Below are positions 58,397 through 64,000 of a DNA stretch of 64,000 nt, piece by piece. Location of the stretch: contig CAZSVP010000001.1 in the NCBI GenBank assembly GCA_964610335.1, positions 223,442 to 287,441 on the forward strand, written 5' to 3'. The number at the start of each line of letters is the position of its first letter. Within the stretch, counting starts at the first letter, position 1. The notes beneath the pieces are model-generated. The model was not told the DNA's origin. It searched no databases and was given only the letters and a program-made list of their open reading frames with translations. The stretch is from an uncultured Candidatus Saccharibacteria bacterium (lineage in GTDB: Bacteria; Patescibacteriota; Saccharimonadia; CAILAD01; BJGX01). Both the position numbers and the translations under genes were made by a program.

Positions 58397-60544
58397 ATGA
58401 ATATAATTCATCCATTTGGTGGCAAAACCGAATCAGTTGAGACTGAATTCGCTGGCACCAAACTAACTATGACCAGTGGAGACATGGCTTTTCGTGCCGA
58501 TGGCGCAGTACGCGTACAGTATGGTGACACTGTAGTGCTGGCTACTGCTGTGGTAGAGCCAAAGCCTCAGCCCGATACCGATTTCTTTCCATTACTAATT
58601 GACTACGAAGAGCGACTCTATGCTGCTGGTAAGATCAGCGGCAGTCGGTTTATGAAGCGCGAAGGCCGCCCAAGTGATCAAGCAGTACTTACCTCGCGCT
58701 TAATTGACCGTCCAATTCGACCACTGTTTCCTAAGGGTTATCGCAACGACGTACAGGTAGTTACTACCGTGCTAAGCGTTGATCTCGAGCACGAACCCGA
58801 TATCGTAGCTATCATAGCTGCCAGTACTGCTCTCATGCTTAGTGGAGCACCTTTTGAAGGCCCAGTAGCAGCTGCGCGCATAGGTTACATCAAACACAAA
58901 TTGGTGGCTATGCCTACAGTTACGGCCCAGAAAGAATCGAAGCTCAATCTAACTGTTGCCGGTACCGCCGAAGCTATCATGATGGTGGAAGCTGGTGCCG
59001 ATGAGATCGACGAAGATACCATGACCGAAGCACTCGATCTCGCTGTCAAAAGCTGGCAGCCAGTGATCAAGCTTCAGCAAGAGTTGGTTGAGAAGGTCGG
59101 CGTGGTAGCGAAGCCAGTTGATTTATTTACAGCTGAAGAAGAAGTGATCGACAAGGTAGCAGAGTACCTCAAAGATCGTTTGGGTGAGGCAGTTCGCAGC
59201 GAGAACAAGCAAGATCGTCATGAGGCTATTACTACGCTCCACGATGAGGTACTGGCCGAGTTTGGTTTGTTGCCAGAAGATGTTGAGCCAGATAGCAAAG
59301 AGCGCTATGGTCACCCGGATGTTGAAGTAGCTTTTGAGAAGGTAGTCGATCGCGAGCTGCGTCGCGCTATCTTGGAAGAGGGCATACGCCCTGATAATCG
59401 CAAAAATACTGAGATCCGACCAATTAGCTCACAAGTCGGCATACTACCACGTACCCACGGCTCAGCACTGTTCACGCGTGGTGCCACTCAGGCACTAACA
59501 CTCACTACTTTGGCTTCAGCCTCGGCAGCCCAGCTGATAGATACTATGGAAGAAGATGGTGAGAAGCACTACATCCACCACTACAACTTCCCGCCATTTA
59601 GTACTGGTGAAGCTCGTCCTATGCGTAGTACGGGCCGCCGCGAGGTAGGGCACGGCTACCTGGCCGAACGAGCACTTTATCCTATGATTCCTAAGATTGA
59701 GGATTTTCCATACACCATTCGCGTAGTGTCCGAGCTTCTGAGCAGCGCTGGCTCTACTTCGATGGCCAGTGTTTGTGGTAGCACCATGAGCCTGATGGAC
59801 GCTGGTGTGCCTATCAAAAAGCCAGTTAGCGGTATTGCTATGGGGCTTATGATCAATCATGACGACCCATCGCAGTACGTGATACTAAGTGATCTTCAGG
59901 ACGCTGAAGATTTTGCGGGCGACATGGACTTCAAAGTAGCAGGTACTGCCGATGGCATTACTGCCTTGCAAATGGATATCAAGATCAAGGGTTTACCACT
60001 CGAGATCATGGCAGCAGCGCTCAAACAAGCCAAAGAGGGTCGAGCCGAGATACTAGGCCACATGCTAGAGACTATCAAAGAGCCCCGCGCTGAGATGAGC
60101 CCATATGCACCACGTATTACTACCTTGCAAATCAATCCCGAGAAGATTCGCGAAGTGATCGGTAAGGGTGGCGAAACCATCCAGAGTATCATTGCTGAGA
60201 CTGGCGTGGAGATAGATATCAACGACGATGGGTTGGTAATGGTGGCATCAGCCGATCAGGCTGCTAGTAAATCAGCTATTGATTGGATCAACTCAATTGT
60301 ACAAGATCCTGAAATTGGCAAGGTTTATCAAGGTAAGGTTGTTCGTCTGATGGATTTCGGTGCTTTTGTCGAGATTCTACCGGGCCGAGAGGGCTTAGTG
60401 CACATCAGCCAGATTCGCGATGAACGGGTCGAGAAGATCACCGACGAGCTCGAAGAGGGTCAAGAAGTAGCTGTTAAACTTGTAGAGATCGATGACAAGG
60501 GTAGACTCAACCTATCCATGAAAGCTGCCAAATCCGATAAGTGA
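58397..60544 (+). CDS. pnp: Polyribonucleotide nucleotidyltransferase
   Basis: RLIDRPIRPLF, RREVGHG, GDMDFKVAG, KH and S1 domains. Confidence 0.97.
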   Translation: MNIIHPFGGKTESVETEFAGTKLTMTSGDMAFRADGAVRVQYGDTVVLATAVVEPKPQPDTDFFPLLIDYEERLYAAGKISGSRFMKREGRPSDQAVLTSRLIDRPIRPLFPKGYRNDVQVVTTVLSVDLEHEPDIVAIIAASTALMLSGAPFEGPVAAARIGYIKHKLVAMPTVTAQKESKLNLTVAGTAEAIMMVEAGADEIDEDTMTEALDLAVKSWQPVIKLQQELVEKVGVVAKPVDLFTAEEEVIDKVAEYLKDRLGEAVRSENKQDRHEAITTLHDEVLAEFGLLPEDVEPDSKERYGHPDVEVAFEKVVDRELRRAILEEGIRPDNRKNTEIRPISSQVGILPRTHGSALFTRGATQALTLTTLASASAAQLIDTMEEDGEKHYIHHYNFPPFSTGEARPMRSTGRREVGHGYLAERALYPMIPKIEDFPYTIRVVSELLSSAGSTSMASVCGSTMSLMDAGVPIKKPVSGIAMGLMINHDDPSQYVILSDLQDAEDFAGDMDFKVAGTADGITALQMDIKIKGLPLEIMAAALKQAKEGRAEILGHMLETIKEPRAEMSPYAPRITTLQINPEKIREVIGKGGETIQSIIAETGVEIDINDDGLVMVASADQAASKSAIDWINSIVQDPEIGKVYQGKVVRLMDFGAFVEILPGREGLVHISQIRDERVEKITDELEEGQEVAVKLVEIDDKGRLNLSMKAAKSDK

Positions 60545-60604
60545 CCCTAGACTAACTACCAGCAAATGCTGGTAGTGAACTAGGCTCATTTGAGCCAATG
60601 GCTT

Positions 60605-61183
60605 ATGTCTGACAAAACAGATCAGCTAAACGTAGTAGCACAGCCAGTCTTAGACCGGCAAGTTGATATCGATATAGCTAAGAGCTGTCTCAATCCAGTA
60701 TTTGGAGAGGGCAGTGTCAATGCTGAGCTGATGTTTGTTGGCGAAGCGCCCGGCAAAGCTGAAGACGAGCAGGGAAGGCCCTTTGTGGGGGCTAGCGGCA
60801 AGTTTTTGCAGGAAATGCTTGAAAGCATTGGGTATAAGCGTGATGATGTGTATATCACCAACATCGTGAAGTTTCGTCCACCTAACAATCGTGATCCGTT
60901 TCGTGAAGAGATTGAGGCCTGCCTGCCATACCTTCTCAAACAAATCAAAGTGATCGATCCCAAGCTCATAGTATTGCTGGGGCGTCATAGTATGAACGTG
61001 TTCTTTCCAGAGCTTAAGATAAGCCAAGCACATGGGAAACCCGTCAGGAGGTCCGGCCGAGTATTCTTACCGCTTTATCATCCAGCCGCCGCGCTATACA
61101 ACGGCTCTATGCGACAAACACTGCACGATGACTTTCAGCTTATTCCAGAAATCCTAACAGCCATTGATAAACCAAGTAATTAA
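60605..61183 (+). CDS. Uracil-DNA glycosylase family 4
   Basis: GEAPG, GRPFVG, RPPNNRDP and YHPAA motifs. Confidence 0.9.
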   Translation: MSDKTDQLNVVAQPVLDRQVDIDIAKSCLNPVFGEGSVNAELMFVGEAPGKAEDEQGRPFVGASGKFLQEMLESIGYKRDDVYITNIVKFRPPNNRDPFREEIEACLPYLLKQIKVIDPKLIVLLGRHSMNVFFPELKISQAHGKPVRRSGRVFLPLYHPAAALYNGSMRQTLHDDFQLIPEILTAIDKPSN

Positions 61184-61216
61184 GTTCGACAATTTGTATT
61201 AATTAACAATCAACCC

Positions 61217-61267
61217 GTCATCTTGAGACAAGTGAAGTACTTTCTAGTTCATTTATCTCAGGATGAC
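61217..61267. repeat. GTCAT...ATGAC palindromic (REP-like) element
   Basis: GTCATCTTGAGA...TCTCAGGATGAC arms. Confidence 0.55.
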
Positions 61268-61316
61268 AATTAACCAAGGTGAATCTATCACTAACAAGGA
61301 GAACAAAACTAAAAAC

Positions 61317-63455
61317 ATGAATGACAAGATCAAAAGCCGACCACTAACTGCCGAGGATCTGGGCATGAGCGGCAGCAAAGCCAAACCAGCTACTCCAAAC
61401 CAAAGCAACAAACCGCGTCCGGTTACCAGTAAAACCGATGGTACAAATGCAGCCAAACCAAACAACCAGACACGAGCCGCTAAGCCAACTAGCCCAAATC
61501 AGCCGCGCAGCAGCAAACCTGCAGCTGGTGGTAGTCAAACCAACCAGAACCGCCCTCGACCAACGAAACCACCCTACAACAAGCGCGGCCCAGGCCAAGG
61601 TGGCGGTGGAGGACGAGGTGGCAATCGCAGCAATCCCAACAACATCCGTCGCGGTAACTCACCACGTCCTCGCGGCGGAGGTCGCCGTCCTACCACCTTT
61701 ATGAATGGTAGCTTCAATACTGGTAACAAGCCTAGTGCCAATGCCCAAAAGGTTGGTCTCACTAAAATTGATGCTGGAAAGCTCAAGATTGTGCCACTTG
61801 GTGGGTTAGGCCAGATTGGTAAGAATCTCATGGCCTTAGAATACGAGAACGACATTATTGTTATGGATATGGGTTTTACCTTTCCTGGTGAAGATCAGCC
61901 AGGTATTGACTTGATTGTCCCGGACATAACTTATCTAGAAGAGCGCAAGCACAAGATCCGTGGACACGTTATTACCCATGCACACGAAGACCATGTGGGT
62001 GGCATCCCTTTTCTATTACCCAAGATTCCGGCGCCGATTTATGCTGCACAATTTGCAATCAAGTTTATTGAACGCAAACTTGAAGAGTATCGACTAGATT
62101 TCAAGCCAGAGTTTCATACTATCGATCCAGAGAAACACGAGAAGATCCAGCTAGGCTGCTTTACGGTCGAATTTGTACGTATTACTCACTCTATCCCAGA
62201 CGCCTGTCTGTTAATTATTGATACACCAGTAGGTAAGATCGTAAATACAGGTGACTGGCGCTTTGAGCCAGATCCAGTCGATGGCAAACCGAGTGATATG
62301 GAGACTATCAAGAAACTTGGTAAAGAAAACGTATTAATGCTGATGTGTGATAGTACCAACTGTGAGGTTATTGGTTGGAGCCCGCGTGAAAAAGACATTA
62401 TGCACACACTAGATGATCTGTTTATCCGTAACTACAACAAACGCATTATTGTGGCTAGCTTTGCTAGTCAGGTCAATCGTATGCAATTAGTCATAGACGC
62501 CGCTGCCAAGGCCAAGCGTAAGCTTGTGGTGGTGGGGCGTAGTATGCTTAGCAACATGGAGCTAGCGGTTAAGCTTGGCTACATCAAGGTACCGACTGGG
62601 CTAATTATTAAGGCCACCGATATGAATCGCTTCCAGCCAGGAGAACTGCTGGTTCTATCAACTGGTTCGCAAGGTGAGGAATTTGCCGCTCTTAACCGTA
62701 TGGGTAAGGGTGAACACAAGGAAGTTAAACTCCAGAAAGACGATGTAGTAATTCTTAGTGCTTCAATTATTCCTGGCAATGAGAAAACAGTTTGGGCTAT
62801 GGTAGACAATCTATTTCGTTGGGGAGCTTATGTATACCAAACCTACACCAGTAAGTTCGATGAGCTTGGTGTAACACATACCACCGGGCATGCCTACTCC
62901 GAAGAAATCGAGGAAATGCTCAATCTGGTACAGCCACAATACTACCTGCCAATTCACGGTGAGTACCACCACTTGGTGCACAATAGTCGAATTGCCAAGG
63001 AAGTAGGTATCCCAGAAGATAAGATTTTTGTAATCGAAGATGGACAGACATTGGTTGCTGACTCTGCTGGAGTAAAGCTAGGGCCAAAAGTCCAGTCCGG
63101 TGAGATCTTGATTGATGGCGCGGGTATTGGAGATGTACAAGAGATAGTGCTCAAAGACCGCATAGCCATGAGTACCGATGGGGTATTTACTACTATAGTG
63201 ACTGTCAGTAAGAAGGACGGAAAGCTTCTCACTAGTCCAGACATCATCAGCCGGGGGTTTATCTATGTCAAAGACAATACTGAGCTGATTGAAAACGCTC
63301 GTAAGATCGTGCGCAATGTAATAGCTACGCGGCCACCCAATGTGCCTGTCGGCTCGCCAATCATCAAAGCTCGAATGCGCGATGAGGTAAGTCACTACCT
63401 GTACAAGATTACCCAACGTAATCCGATCGTGTTACCTGTGGTAATTGAGGTTTAA
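61317..63455 (+). CDS. rnj: Ribonuclease J with a long disordered N-terminus
   Basis: PLGGLGQIGKN, THAHEDHVG, TGSQGE and PIHGEY motifs. Confidence 0.95.
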   Translation: MNDKIKSRPLTAEDLGMSGSKAKPATPNQSNKPRPVTSKTDGTNAAKPNNQTRAAKPTSPNQPRSSKPAAGGSQTNQNRPRPTKPPYNKRGPGQGGGGGRGGNRSNPNNIRRGNSPRPRGGGRRPTTFMNGSFNTGNKPSANAQKVGLTKIDAGKLKIVPLGGLGQIGKNLMALEYENDIIVMDMGFTFPGEDQPGIDLIVPDITYLEERKHKIRGHVITHAHEDHVGGIPFLLPKIPAPIYAAQFAIKFIERKLEEYRLDFKPEFHTIDPEKHEKIQLGCFTVEFVRITHSIPDACLLIIDTPVGKIVNTGDWRFEPDPVDGKPSDMETIKKLGKENVLMLMCDSTNCEVIGWSPREKDIMHTLDDLFIRNYNKRIIVASFASQVNRMQLVIDAAAKAKRKLVVVGRSMLSNMELAVKLGYIKVPTGLIIKATDMNRFQPGELLVLSTGSQGEEFAALNRMGKGEHKEVKLQKDDVVILSASIIPGNEKTVWAMVDNLFRWGAYVYQTYTSKFDELGVTHTTGHAYSEEIEEMLNLVQPQYYLPIHGEYHHLVHNSRIAKEVGIPEDKIFVIEDGQTLVADSAGVKLGPKVQSGEILIDGAGIGDVQEIVLKDRIAMSTDGVFTTIVTVSKKDGKLLTSPDIISRGFIYVKDNTELIENARKIVRNVIATRPPNVPVGSPIIKARMRDEVSHYLYKITQRNPIVLPVVIEV

Positions 63456-63500
63456 CTTAGTCTATGAATCATGACGATCACAAAGTAATCGGGGTAGAAA

Positions 63501-63758
63501 ATGATTGATGGCATCACCATACTTGGGCTGGTAGCTACCTTGTTTATCATTAGCGCGCAAATCCCACAGATATATAAAAGCTACATAACCAAAAGCACTG
63601 GTGATCTGTCGTTGTGGATGATCCTGTGGCTAATTACAGGCGTTGGTTTGTGGTTGCTATATGGGTTATTGCGTCCAGACTATGTAATAGTTATCTCCAA
63701 TACGCTTGGTGAGATAGCTTTGATAACCTTGTTGGCACTCAAGCTCAAATACAAGTAA
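63501..63758 (+). CDS. SemiSWEET/PQ-loop transporter
   Basis: IPQIYKS...KSTGDLS...LWLLYG pattern. Confidence 0.85.
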   Translation: MIDGITILGLVATLFIISAQIPQIYKSYITKSTGDLSLWMILWLITGVGLWLLYGLLRPDYVIVISNTLGEIALITLLALKLKYK

Positions 63759-63764
63759 ATATAG

Positions 63765-63793
63765 TTGACATATCAGGTATATTATGCTATTAT
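63765..63793 (+). promoter_or_regulatory. sigma70 promoter of islet
   Basis: TTGACA-N17-TATTAT with TGn extension. Confidence 0.7.
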
Positions 63794-63845
63794 AGTGCAA
63801 CTTCGAGAAGTCCTCGGAGAGAAGGCCAACAGGGAGGTTACTCAA

Positions 63846-64000
63846 TTGGCCAGCTCACATTACTATCCCGACAACGGCCCAGTGCCGGTTCGGATCCCGG
63901 GCACCCGGGAATGGACGTTGCGCGAGATCGAGCGTGATGCCAGGCGCTGCACCCAGTGCAAGGCTCGGCCACGCACGCTCTACTCGTACGACGACAGCTG
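63846..64000 (+). CDS. Islet ORF with CxxC (partial, runs off window end)
   Basis: SD GGGAGGT then TTG; ...DARRCTQCKARPR... Confidence 0.55.
   Translation, partial: MASSHYYPDNGPVPVRIPGTREWTLREIERDARRCTQCKARPRTLYSYDDS

Noticed and set aside
5842-64000. Prophage as the explanation of the GC-rich ORFs
   Set aside because: No structural, terminase or integrase genes; the units are scattered singly among intact core genes.
1-64000. CRISPR array, tRNA or rRNA genes
   Set aside because: No regularly spaced direct repeats, cloverleafs or rRNA signatures found by eye.

Overview
Chromosomal window from a small-genome bacterium, most likely Patescibacteria/CPR and Saccharibacteria-like (inferred from gene style and content, not from a search). 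The AT-richer backbone carries housekeeping and accessory genes (tldD/pmbA, msrA/msrB, rarA, murE, dnaG-rpoD, polA, mutM-holA, rpsT, truB-rpsO-pnp, udg, rnj), many apparently leaderless (-10 hexamer 6-7 nt before ATG). About 20 short GC-rich transcription units ('islets') are interspersed. They share an architecture: a -35/-10 sigma70 promoter, often a 5' hairpin, a C/A-rich leader motif, a strong Shine-Dalgarno, small high-GC3 ORFs of mostly unknown function, and a GC-rich terminal hairpin. In four islets the 5' leader is perfectly complementary (11-13 bp) to the 3' trailer just before the terminal hairpin, closing the mRNA into a panhandle; this is the main candidate novel system. Also present: 2-3 structured ncRNA-like units, a palindromic divergent promoter, and a GIY-YIG gene flanked by hairpin inverted repeats. 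No rRNA, tRNA, CRISPR array, integrase or transposase was seen.
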